Shown here one piece after another: positions 1 through 7,910 of a DNA stretch of 53,496 nt. Numbering within the stretch: the stretch's first letter is position 1; every line of letters begins with the position of its first letter. Made by a program: the position numbers and the translations under genes. The notes beneath the pieces are model-generated. The model had not been told where the DNA came from, ran no database searches, and saw nothing but the letters and a program-made list of their open reading frames with translations. This DNA comes from Bacillota bacterium (GTDB lineage: Bacteria > Bacillota > Limnochordia > DTU087), in the NCBI GenBank assembly GCA_012735435.1, contig JAAYHH010000014.1, positions 1 to 53,496 on the forward strand, given 5' to 3'.

Positions 1-170
1 CAAGAAAGGATAGGCAAGACTGGAAACTGACGGCATTCGGAAAAGTAGTCTAGGACTCTGTTCTCGTTTTGGGGCTAAGACGGCTTCCTCAGGGCACCTA
101 GGTCCATCAATGCACATATAGTGAACTAACATCCCAACAAAGGTGTAAATCAGTGGATGGAGGTGAAACT

Positions 171-338
171 ATGTACCCAGTGCGTTATGATAACGCTCAG
201 GCCCTGGCAGCCGCTTTTTATCCTGAGATGGCATGTGAAAGGTACGGCCTGCTGCGGGAGATCAACAACAGGTTGGACCATATGCAGACCACCCTGGACA
301 AAGTCTATCAGTGCACCTGCTGCCGCAGATGCCGGTAG
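171..338 (+). CDS. small hypothetical protein, 55 aa, Cys-rich C-terminus (YQCTCCRRCR)
   Basis: ORF track 153..338. The ATG at 171 lies 5 nt after GGAGGTG (159-165). No family recognised. Confidence 0.35.
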   Translation: MYPVRYDNAQALAAAFYPEMACERYGLLREINNRLDHMQTTLDKVYQCTCCRRCR

Positions 339-424
339 CAGTCCCAGCAGGAATCAAAGACTGCTGCAGGGAATTGGACTGTAGGTTTAAATCACCAGCC
401 ATGCCTCCTTAAAGGAGGCTAGTG

Positions 425-817
425 ATGAACCGCGGCAATTTCCCCAGGCAGTACCGGTGGCTAATACCCTTAATAATGGGCATTAGTCTCATTTGGGGCA
501 GCTGCACATCAAAAGAGCCCTTAGGGGTTCAAAAAACCTCCAGCCGAAAAGACATTGAGGCCAAAGAAATCGACACTATACAAGACTGCTTGTATAGTGT
601 CGATTTAATCGAAGCAGGCACCGCTGTACTGCTGTCCCGCAGCCAACCAGATGAGATGATCACAGTGCCGTATCAAACTGTGAGATTTGCCCAAGAAGGC
701 GACATTCTCAGAGCCACCGGCGATCCCTCTCGGCCTTACGAGCAAGACCAAGCAGCAGGCCTTAAGGTCCGAGAGAACATTGCCAATCTCTTGCACAAAC
801 TAACCAGCGAAAACTGA
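425..817 (+). CDS. membrane-anchored or secreted protein with C-terminal DUF3006-like domain
   Basis: ATG 425 follows AGGAGG (413-418). N-terminal hydrophobic segment WLIPLIMGISLIWGSC. The C-terminal half aligns by eye with the 1414..1665 protein (VD.IE..AVLL ... LL.KLT). Confidence 0.55.
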   Translation: MNRGNFPRQYRWLIPLIMGISLIWGSCTSKEPLGVQKTSSRKDIEAKEIDTIQDCLYSVDLIEAGTAVLLSRSQPDEMITVPYQTVRFAQEGDILRATGDPSRPYEQDQAAGLKVRENIANLLHKLTSEN

Positions 818-840
818 AAACCGCGTGAAATATAATATAT

Positions 841-885
841 ATGACCGCAGAAAGCTCTTCAGCTGTTGAGCCTTCTGCGGTTCAT
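841..885. terminator. long AT-flanked hairpin between convergent genes
   Basis: atgaccgcagaa (841-852) pairs with ttctgcggttcat (873-885) with one bulge. An inner gctc/gagc stem and AT-rich flanks are present. Confidence 0.45.
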
Positions 886-900
886 ATTATATATAGGGAA

Positions 901-920
901 CCCTCAGCTTAAGATGAGGG
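901..920 (-). terminator. hairpin downstream of the Fur-family gene
   Basis: ccctca-gcttaaga-tgaggg, followed on the minus strand by a T/A-rich run. Confidence 0.4.
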
Positions 921-932
921 CCAGCTCTTGGC

Positions 933-1394
933 CTAATTGGAACCAGCTTCCTGGCTGGAGCAGCTCCGGCAGTAACCGTAAAGGATCAAGTTAAAATCAC
1001 AGACCTCATGCCCGCCGTTTTCTTTTACATGGTTGGCCATTCTCTCCAGGATATAAGTGCCATCATAGTCAATATCCAGCACTCGGCCGCAGGCCTTGCA
1101 GGCCAGATGGACATGGGGTGCAGGGTTGGCATCATAGCGGCATATGCCTTCTCCGGTATCAAGACGGCGTACAAGACCCAGTTCTTCAAAGGTCTGGAGG
1201 GTCTTGTAGACAGTATTTAAACTCAGGCTGGGAAACTCACGGTGGAGCTTTTCATAGACCCGCTCGGCACAGGGGTGGGCCTTGGTCTGAGCTAGGGTCA
1301 TATAAATAGCAACCCGCTGAGGAGTTGCCCTAAAGCCTGCCTCACGCAATCTCTTACTTATAGTGACATACACGAAAACATCACTCCCGGACAC
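933..1394 (-). CDS. Fur-family metalloregulator (PerR/Fur/Zur-like)
   Basis: Winged-helix RATPQR...NTVYKTLQTFEELGLV, an HVH motif, and two CxxC pairs (CKAC, CRSC). The real start may be GTG at 1373, which follows GGGAGTG. Confidence 0.85.
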   Translation of the reverse strand: MSGSDVFVYVTISKRLREAGFRATPQRVAIYMTLAQTKAHPCAERVYEKLHREFPSLSLNTVYKTLQTFEELGLVRRLDTGEGICRYDANPAPHVHLACKACGRVLDIDYDGTYILERMANHVKENGGHEVCDFNLILYGYCRSCSSQEAGSN

Positions 1395-1413
1395 TCCAAC
1401 TAAATTTACAGGG

Positions 1414-1665
1414 TTACTCTCTGGTTCCCTCGGTAAGTTTTTTCAAAAGATCAGCCACTCGCTGCCGGGCTGCGGCCTCTGCATCCTCATCCCGGCTCAA
1501 GTTGAACTTAATCTTGCTCCCCTCCCGGACCCCGGAAGGAAGGAGAGCCGTCGGCCAGTCAACAGGAACCTCCTGCTCGCCTGCAGGCAGCAGCAATACT
1601 GCACACTCACCTTCAATTCGATCAACGGTAGCCACAAGCCTTACCACTGACATTGCTCCACTCAC
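1414..1665 (-). CDS. DUF3006 domain protein
   Basis: 83 aa. The pattern VATVDRIEGECAVLLL...ADLLKKLT is typical of DUF3006. It lies directly downstream of the MBL hydrolase gene. Confidence 0.7.
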   Translation of the reverse strand: MSGAMSVVRLVATVDRIEGECAVLLLPAGEQEVPVDWPTALLPSGVREGSKIKFNLSRDEDAEAAARQRVADLLKKLTEGTRE

Positions 1666-1698
1666 CCGGCCTTTGCTCCCTTAAAACTAGAAACATCT

Positions 1699-2553
1699 CT
1701 AATTATCGATAACGATCCGACAGGAAGAGCCATCACTGACCACAATAATAGTACCCGCCGCACTTGTTTGGAAAACCTGGCTGCCTACAGCTTTCAGGTT
1801 GACCAAGGTCTCGGGATGGGGGTGACCATAGTTGTTGTCCGCACCTGCGGAGATAACCGCTGTGTCCGGCTGTACTGCCTCCAAGAACTCCGGAGTACTG
1901 CTGGTACGGCTCCCGTGATGGGCTACTTTCAGAATATTCGCTCTGGCGGGGATATTTCCTTCTAGGATTCGCCGTTCTGCTTCGGCTTCAATATCTCCCG
2001 TTAGAAGCACGCTAGTTTCGCCGTAAGTTACGGCCAGCACCACTGAGTTATTATTGAGTCCCTTCAAAAACGGTTCCTGGGGATTTAGAACGAGGACTTC
2101 ATCCAGGCCCGGTATTTCGAGCTTATCTCCCGCCCGGGCCAGGCGGAAGGGAATTCCTTTCTGGTCTATTAGAATCAGCAAGTTTTCATAGGTCCGGCTG
2201 GTGTGGATTTGACCATCGGCCAGGACTCGTCCCACAGTAAACTTCTCTAGAACGGGAATTAAGCCACCGATATGGTCAAAATGAGGGTGGGTGATCACTA
2301 CCATGTCCAACGATTTAACCCCCAGCCTTTGGAGATAAGGCACAACCACCTGGTTTCCCGCCCGGGTATCTCCGGCATCTACCAGGATATTGGCTCCAGC
2401 AGGTGTCTGAATCAGAATAGAATCACCCTGGCCAACATCCAGGAAATGAATAGTTAGCTCCTGGCCTTGAGCCCAAGTACCAGCAGCTAAAAGTACTGCA
2501 GCAACAAGCACCAATATCCTGTAAAACCTGGTCCAATTCCTTTTCTGATACAT
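1699..2553 (-). CDS. secreted MBL-fold metallo-hydrolase (ComEC C-terminal-domain-like)
   Basis: N-terminal signal/TM segment ILVLVAAVLLAAGTWAQG; HPHFDH metallo-beta-lactamase motif; VAHHGS near the C-terminus; AAGGAGG SD. Confidence 0.85.
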   Translation of the reverse strand: MYQKRNWTRFYRILVLVAAVLLAAGTWAQGQELTIHFLDVGQGDSILIQTPAGANILVDAGDTRAGNQVVVPYLQRLGVKSLDMVVITHPHFDHIGGLIPVLEKFTVGRVLADGQIHTSRTYENLLILIDQKGIPFRLARAGDKLEIPGLDEVLVLNPQEPFLKGLNNNSVVLAVTYGETSVLLTGDIEAEAERRILEGNIPARANILKVAHHGSRTSSTPEFLEAVQPDTAVISAGADNNYGHPHPETLVNLKAVGSQVFQTSAAGTIIVVSDGSSCRIVIDN

Positions 2554-2631
2554 GACACGGCCTCCTTGCTCTCTGAAAGACTTTGCCTCTAGAGGCCCTT
2601 AATCCTGCCAAAGGTTAGGGCCCCTTTGAGG

Positions 2632-3726
2632 CTAGGGGCCCTTGAAAATCTCGGCCAAAAGTCTTTCTGCTAAGCGATCCAGGCCGGCAAAGTCGATATT
2701 GGGTTCGTAATACTTCTCCAGCTCCCGATGGCCTTCCCTGGCCTTGCCGATAAAGGATATAGCGGTTTCCAAGAGCTTATAGAAGGTCTGACGATCAATC
2801 TCCAGCTCCCCTTGATGGGTGCTTACCTTGCTTTGGTCTAGACCACAGTCAAGGTTAATAATGGGACACTCCCTCTCAATTGAGAAGGGAAACAGCTCGG
2901 TGCTGGTTGCCGCCAAGACATCTAACTGGGGAATAAGGACATGCTGCAGCTTGGATGGATCCACAGGGTTATGATAAATCTCTACCCCATAGCCCCGCTC
3001 TGCTGCTGCGGCCGCCAATTTCCCCAGAAGGACAGACTTGCCGGTCCCCGGCTGTCCTTTAATAATCACAATGCGGGTACTCGGCCCTGGCAATGAGTTT
3101 GCATGGGTAATGGGGCCTTCGGGAGTTAGAGCCGAGACAAACAAGTGCCGCTGCCAGCCGGGTTTCCCTGCCACCGGCACATCACCGAGAATCTCTTTAC
3201 ACAGGCGGTCTGACTCTTGGTTAACCCAGCCCCAATCCTGTGTTTCCTTGATCTTGTCTTCTAGATTCTCGTAGATCTGCCGGGCTGCCCGCAGGTAGCG
3301 GTAGGCACTGCGGAAGCGGCGGCTGCCTTCAATGCTGGCGGCTTGAATTTCCCGGGAATGCTCCCGTAAACCAGCAGCATTCAGATAATCTCCCAAGTTG
3401 ATGATTTCATCTACCACACCGGGAAACTTAGGATCGTAAATATGGGGCTTCGTACCGTCCAGCAAAGCCGCACCCGCCCCAGGAACTACAAGTCCATCCA
3501 GGGATGAAGGATCGGATGAGCAGTGATGAAATTCGACATCAAGGCCCCTGGCAATGGCTTCATCACTTATTCTTCGCATCAAAGTTGATTTGCCGGTTCC
3601 CGGTCCGCCTTTGAACACGTAGACCCGCTTGATTTTTGGGCCGGCAATATAATCAAAGAAAGAATGAAAACCCAATCCTGTATTGCTGGCTGGAAAAACC
3701 CGTTTGATCCGCCCACCCTGATTCAT
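2632..3726 (-). CDS. tandem P-loop NTPase of unknown function (internal duplication)
   Basis: Start refined to ATG 3726 (MNQGG), which follows AGGAGGAA. Two Walker A motifs, GGPGTGKST and GQPGTGKSV, each followed by a similar RG..VE..H...DPS.L segment. Confidence 0.75.
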   Translation of the reverse strand: MNQGGRIKRVFPASNTGLGFHSFFDYIAGPKIKRVYVFKGGPGTGKSTLMRRISDEAIARGLDVEFHHCSSDPSSLDGLVVPGAGAALLDGTKPHIYDPKFPGVVDEIINLGDYLNAAGLREHSREIQAASIEGSRRFRSAYRYLRAARQIYENLEDKIKETQDWGWVNQESDRLCKEILGDVPVAGKPGWQRHLFVSALTPEGPITHANSLPGPSTRIVIIKGQPGTGKSVLLGKLAAAAAERGYGVEIYHNPVDPSKLQHVLIPQLDVLAATSTELFPFSIERECPIINLDCGLDQSKVSTHQGELEIDRQTFYKLLETAISFIGKAREGHRELEKYYEPNIDFAGLDRLAERLLAEIFKGP

Positions 3727-3815
3727 GTGCGCAATTCCTCCTGTGCTTTTGGCTCTAGTGGACTCTGACGCGGTTTTCAGTAATCTTATCCTATGTCTCT
3801 TACGGGGGAATGTTG

Positions 3816-3848
3816 CAAAAAGAGAAGGGCGGCTGCACACCCGCCCTT
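3816..3848 (-). terminator. rho-independent terminator of trxA
   Basis: Minus strand reads AAGGGCGG-loop-CCGCCCTT followed by CTCTTTTTG. Confidence 0.7.
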
Positions 3849-3896
3849 TCCAGGTAAACTTCAAATTTGTCCTATACTTTTTCGACCCGCAGCTCC

Positions 3897-4226
3897 TTAG
3901 GCTTCTCCGTCCAGGTACTGGTCTAGCTTAGCAGCGATAACCTGCTTCGGGGCTGCGCCTACAATCTTATCTACCGGCTCGCCGTTTTTGAATATCATCA
4001 GAGTGGGTATACTCATAATGCCGTACTTCATTGCTGTCTGCTGGTTCTCATCAACGTTCAGTTTCGCGATGGTTGCTTTCCCCGCATATTCTTCGGCCAA
4101 GTCGTCCACAATGGGTCCTACCATACGGCAGGGTCCGCACCACGGTGCCCAGAAATCCACCAGAACTACACCGGACTGCTCAAGGACACTGGCCTCAAAG
4201 GTCGCATCAGATAGCTGCTGAACCAT
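3897..4226 (-). CDS. trxA: thioredoxin
   Basis: 109 aa with the WCGPC active site and a canonical thioredoxin sequence. Confidence 0.95.
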   Translation of the reverse strand: MVQQLSDATFEASVLEQSGVVLVDFWAPWCGPCRMVGPIVDDLAEEYAGKATIAKLNVDENQQTAMKYGIMSIPTLMIFKNGEPVDKIVGAAPKQVIAAKLDQYLDGEA

Positions 4227-4320
4227 AATCTCAACCTCCCTGCATAGAGTGATTCACTGCCGACTCAAACATACCGCCGACACCCGGCTCTGCTGTCTTC
4301 CTAATGGTTATTTCGGTTAT

Positions 4321-4350
4321 ATTATATCCTGGGTTCGCTCTCGCTGTCAA
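4321..4350 (-). promoter_or_regulatory. sigma-A-type promoter of trxA
   Basis: Minus strand: TTGACA (4345-4350), 18-nt spacer, TATAAT (4321-4326). The 7-bp inverted repeat GTTCGCT/AGCGAAC (4333-4339 and 4352-4358) brackets the -35. Confidence 0.6.
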
Positions 4351-4405
4351 TAGCGAACAAGGCGCATCGGTACAGATTTCAGTTATTATCCCCGGGACTG
4401 CCCGG

Positions 4406-5599
4406 TTATTGTTTGCCTTCCACAGCCATTTGATGCGGGGCTTGTCCAGACTGAATCCCCTCTTCAGGCAGGAGCTTCAAAGCGAGCCAGCTTCCCAGCA
4501 AACCAACTGCACCGGTTGACAGAAACCCTCCGGTAAGACCCGATATATCACCTATTATACCCGCGATGATCGGCCCGCCAAACATACCTAGGGAGTAGAT
4601 AGCTTGGAAGAAACCCATGGCCGTGGCCCTTTTCTCCTCCGAAACAGTCTGAATGCTCATCCCCATTACAACGGGAAAGATAACTCCCCGGCCCAGGCTC
4701 CCAATTCCCTGGGTGATATACAGCTGCGGAAGGGTTTTTGCAAAAGGCACCGCCGCAGCGGCCAAGGCTCCCAAGACGAAGCCGATAACCACAAGCCGCT
4801 TTGTACCGAATTTGGACACCATTCCCCAGCTGCTGGCCAGGGCAGCAGCCGCCATGGGCAGGGTTGACCAAAAGGTCAACAGGCTGAGCTCGGTAGCGGC
4901 AGCCCCGATTTTCTCTGCGTAGATCGGCGTAAACCCGTACATTGTGGCGAAGGTCATGTACTGCACCAAGACCGCAAGGCCGGAGACTATCAAGAGATCC
5001 TTCTCCCGTCCAACCACAAGCAGCTGGGATATTTGGACACGCTCCCTTTTCAGCTGCCGGGTTTCTTGAATCTGAAAACTGAGGAGCATCCCCGCCAGAC
5101 CAAAAACCGCCCCCAGCACAAAGGGAGCCTGCCATCCATACAGCTCTGCTATGTATCCACCGGTGAAGGTGGCCAAAATTTGGCCCAAATTGCTGTAAAA
5201 GGTGGCTAAACCCATGGCCTTGGGGGCATCTTCACTGGAAAAGTAGCTTGAGAAGAGGACTGTAAAAGCAACCCAGGTGGCAGCTGCGGCACCGGATAAA
5301 GCCCTTCCCACCAGCATGGTTCCTACACTGGGCCACAGCCCCATTAGAAGACCAGATATTAAGGCCAAAAACATCCCGAGGACAATAAATCCTTTCCTCC
5401 TGCCGATCCCGTCTGACCAAAGGCCCAAGGGAATACGGAGCAGCATCTGTACTAGACCATAGGAACCCACCACCAGCCCCACCATCTTGAGGGAAGCACC
5501 AAGGTGAGTGACATAGCTGGGCAGGATAGGTACGTAAACATAAAGGGCAAACCAAAAGATTGTGGTGACTACGCCAAATAAAGCCATAGCCTTTGTCAA
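4406..5599 (-). CDS. MFS transporter
   Basis: 397 aa, about 12 hydrophobic helices, with the MFS loop motif GLWSDGIGRRKG. Confidence 0.85.
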   Translation of the reverse strand: MTKAMALFGVVTTIFWFALYVYVPILPSYVTHLGASLKMVGLVVGSYGLVQMLLRIPLGLWSDGIGRRKGFIVLGMFLALISGLLMGLWPSVGTMLVGRALSGAAAATWVAFTVLFSSYFSSEDAPKAMGLATFYSNLGQILATFTGGYIAELYGWQAPFVLGAVFGLAGMLLSFQIQETRQLKRERVQISQLLVVGREKDLLIVSGLAVLVQYMTFATMYGFTPIYAEKIGAAATELSLLTFWSTLPMAAAALASSWGMVSKFGTKRLVVIGFVLGALAAAAVPFAKTLPQLYITQGIGSLGRGVIFPVVMGMSIQTVSEEKRATAMGFFQAIYSLGMFGGPIIAGIIGDISGLTGGFLSTGAVGLLGSWLALKLLPEEGIQSGQAPHQMAVEGKQ

Positions 5600-5711
5600 T
5601 GCCTCCTTCCTGTCTCATGTAGAATATTAACTTTCTGGAGGTCTTTACCTGCCCAATGTAACTTTTTATCAAATGGCAGGATGTTTCCGTTGTCTCGGGA
5701 AGTATATGAAA

Positions 5712-5755
5712 TATGTATAAGCAGTGTATAAAATTTGTCCACAGAGTTATCCACA
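5712..5755. promoter_or_regulatory. cluster of four DnaA-box-like 9-mers
   Basis: Perfect TTATCCACA at 5747-5755 and TTGTCCACA at 5735-5743. On the opposite strand, TTATACACT (5723-5731) and TTATACATA (5712-5720). Each imperfect box has one mismatch to TTATNCACA. Confidence 0.5.
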
Positions 5756-5799
5756 GCCGTTGATAACTTTTTGTTCAATTCACAGTAAGGGGCACAGCA

Positions 5800-6036
5800 A
5801 TGCGGTTGGAGATCCGGGGTGTGGAAAAACTCAGCTGGAGAGAACGACAAGTGGTAGCCTTAAAGGAATCCGGCCATTCCACTGAAGTTATAGCCCAGCG
5901 ATTGGGAATCAGCGAAGGCACCATCGCCACTTTGTATAACCGGGCCCGGAAGAAAGGCTATGAGGTTGTGCTGATTATTGAAGGCGACCCCTTGGGAATT
6001 GGAGGGGATGTTGACCAAGACCAAGATCTGGAATAG
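5800..6036 (+). CDS. small LuxR/sigma-70-region-4-type HTH protein
   Basis: 78 aa; LSWRERQVVALKESGHSTEVIAQRLGISEGTIATLYNRARKK; AAGGGG SD 8 nt upstream. Confidence 0.65.
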   Translation: MRLEIRGVEKLSWRERQVVALKESGHSTEVIAQRLGISEGTIATLYNRARKKGYEVVLIIEGDPLGIGGDVDQDQDLE

Positions 6037-6066
6037 AGCTCAGCTGGATCAATCCATCGACAGCCC

Positions 6067-6096
6067 TTGACAACAAGGGGCTTCTCGACATACACT
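6067..6096 (+). promoter_or_regulatory. promoter of the riboswitch-ribU unit
   Basis: TTGACA (6067-6072), 18-nt spacer, TACACT (6091-6096). Confidence 0.6.
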
Positions 6097-6117
6097 AAAA
6101 GCAAATAATAAAAGTAA

Positions 6118-6252
6118 GTCTTCGGGGCTAGGTGAGAAGGGATAACCTTCAATTCCTGACCGGCGGTGAACCCAATCGGGTAAGCCCGCGAGCCGTAATG
6201 GCTGATCCGGTGAAATTCCGGAGCCGACAGTATAGTCTGGATGGGAGAAGAC
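6118..6252 (+). promoter_or_regulatory. FMN riboswitch (RFN element)
   Basis: Conserved RFN strings: cttcggggc..aggtga, ccgaccggcggt, agcccgcgagc, gatccggtgaaattccggagccgacagtatagtctggatgggagaag. P1 is gtcttc/gaagac. An extra hairpin (gaagg-gataa-ccttc) is inserted in the P2 region. Confidence 0.9.
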
Positions 6253-6274
6253 GCAAAGACACGTGATATGTATT

Positions 6275-6310
6275 ATGGCCTCGGAGATCTTTCCGAGGCC
6301 ATATCTATTC
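6275..6310 (+). terminator. riboswitch expression-platform terminator
   Basis: atggcctcgga (6275-6285) pairs with tccgaggccat (6292-6302), followed by a T-containing tail. Confidence 0.6.
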
Positions 6311-6356
6311 TATGTCTGCCCCTGACCCGAAGGCCAAACAAGAAAGGTGAGGGATC

Positions 6357-6905
6357 ATGAACAACGTAAGGCGAATGACTATCTTGGCACTCCTGTCTGC
6401 AATTAGTTTTCTGTTGATGTTTGCATTGGAATTTCCTCTGCCCGGCTTTCCACCGTATCTCAAGTATGATCCATCAGATGTCTGCGGCCTCCTGGCAGCT
6501 TTCTCCTTTGGACCAGCTGCTGGATTTCTAGTGGAGCTGGTAAAAAGCATCCTGTTTTTCCTCTCAGGCAAATCGGCAGACGGCATCGTAGGAGCAGCAG
6601 CGGCTTTAGTAGCCGGCGGCACTTTGGTTGTAGCCGCGGGCAAGACATATGCCATGGGCAAACGTTCCCTGATTTTGTCGCTGCTGGTGGGCACTATCAC
6701 CATGACCGTCATCATGGTGACCGCCAACTATTTCATTTTCTTACCCCTTTGGGGGCTGCCGACCCACCAGATCACAATGCCTTTGGTCATAGCTATGACT
6801 GGGTTTAACTTGGTTAAGGGAGTTATCACATCAGTCCTGACCATTATTATCTACCAGAGCTTAAGAACCAAGATAGCCCTAAGGGGCGCAGAAAACCATG
6901 CATAA
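6357..6905 (+). CDS. ribU: riboflavin transporter, ECF S-component
   Basis: 182 aa, about 5-6 TM helices. N-terminus ...MTILALLSAISFLLMFALEFPLPGFPPYLKYDPSDV is typical of RibU/FmnP. It lies directly downstream of the FMN riboswitch. Confidence 0.85.
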   Translation: MNNVRRMTILALLSAISFLLMFALEFPLPGFPPYLKYDPSDVCGLLAAFSFGPAAGFLVELVKSILFFLSGKSADGIVGAAAALVAGGTLVVAAGKTYAMGKRSLILSLLVGTITMTVIMVTANYFIFLPLWGLPTHQITMPLVIAMTGFNLVKGVITSVLTIIIYQSLRTKIALRGAENHA

Positions 6906-6937
6906 AGATTACGCTGCATAAGGAGCAAGCTGCCACA

Positions 6938-6982
6938 AGGCGGGTACTGCTTTAAGCCGAATCAGTACCCGCCTGGATTTAT
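6938..6982. terminator. bidirectional terminator hairpin
   Basis: aggcgggtactg (6938-6949) pairs with cagtacccgcct (6963-6974), between convergent genes. Confidence 0.6.
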
Positions 6983-6999
6983 TAGCGCTCAGCTTCTTG

Positions 7000-7638
7000 T
7001 TACCGCTTAATTAGCCTGCCAGCTCCGGCAAAGCTGTTATTCCAGTAGTCACCGCCAATGCGGACCGTGGTCAGTGCCACCTTCCCTCGCCCCTGGGAAG
7101 CAGTCACTATCTGGATGAGATCGCCCCGCCGGCCGGCATACAAGGCAACTCCGTTGATGCCCCTGCCTTCTGTACCGAAAAAGACCAAATCGCCGGGCTT
7201 AAGCTCATCGATGGTCAAGGAGCGAATATTCCATAAGTACAGGGTTTCACTGCTGGCATCCCTCACCCGAAGTTCCCGGGAGCCGGCCATGGAAACCAGT
7301 TCTAACTCCGGATACACAGCTCTATATGCATTGATCACCAGACCTGAAGCATCGATACCTGCCTGGGCTCCAGGTTCCGCACCCTGTTCCAGCTTAGCGA
7401 GATAATCAGATACTGTATCCTGGCCGCCGTAGAGATAGGCAACTCCTTGATGCAGCTCTCCCTCAAGCCAATACTCCACCGTCGCGTATTCCACAGCCGC
7501 TGTCAGTGCCTGCTGTGCTTCGGCATCGGAAAAGGCCATTGCCGCCGCTGACCACATCATCAGACATGAAGCACTGAGCAGGAGCACTGCCAGCATCCGC
7601 AGGCTGCCCTTTCGACATCCAGTTAGGCTTGTCTTCAT
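7000..7638 (-). CDS. secreted NlpC/P60-like protein, catalytic Cys/His apparently substituted
   Basis: Signal peptide present; YLYGG...GIDASGLV...PGDLVFF pattern. The usual DCSG reads DASG, and the usual H in HVG.Y reads NGVALY. Confidence 0.7.
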   Translation of the reverse strand: MKTSLTGCRKGSLRMLAVLLLSASCLMMWSAAAMAFSDAEAQQALTAAVEYATVEYWLEGELHQGVAYLYGGQDTVSDYLAKLEQGAEPGAQAGIDASGLVINAYRAVYPELELVSMAGSRELRVRDASSETLYLWNIRSLTIDELKPGDLVFFGTEGRGINGVALYAGRRGDLIQIVTASQGRGKVALTTVRIGGDYWNNSFAGAGRLIKR

Positions 7639-7808
7639 CTTCCCTCTCTCCCTTCAGTAGGCCATATAAGTCTTATGAGTATTTTCCCTGCTTGACCCAG
7701 TTATTCCTCTTCCTCCCTGGAGCAACGAAGAGAGCGCCTCCATTCCATTGAATAGAAGCGCTTACTCTTCGGGCAGATGCCTAGGGACCAGCTTCGCTAA
7801 CTCCGGAG

Positions 7809-7910
7809 TTAGTCGAAAAGGAAGATGATGACTAGTACTATGATGATGATCCAGATGATTGGGAAGTCAAACCCATCTCTCCGACGACGGCGGCGTCTAC
7901 CCATACTCAT
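7809..7910 (-). CDS. tiny membrane protein, 33 aa (MSMGRRRRRRRDGFDFPIIWIIIIVLVIIFLFD)
   Basis: Not in the ORF track because it is under 60 aa. ATG at 7910 follows GAAAGGGG. Seven consecutive Arg residues precede one hydrophobic helix. The stop sits inside the palindrome CTAACTCCGGAGTTAG. Confidence 0.4.
   Translation of the reverse strand: MSMGRRRRRRRDGFDFPIIWIIIIVLVIIFLFD

Noticed and set aside
403-419. GCCTCC-ttaaa-GGAGGC hairpin sequestering the SD of the 425..817 gene
   Set aside because: It has only 6 bp and no obvious alternative structure or ligand-binding domain. It is too small to call a regulatory element.
4548-5135. 195-aa minus-strand ORF in an alternative frame of the MFS transporter gene
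   Set aside because: It lies on the same strand but out of frame with a 12-TM MFS protein. The product is Gly/Arg/Cys-rich with no family resemblance.
6305-6727. 140-aa ORF antisense to ribU (and similarly 18908..19402, antisense to the PfpI gene)
   Set aside because: The opposite-strand genes have clear family signatures and, for ribU, a riboswitch. The antisense products are low-complexity.
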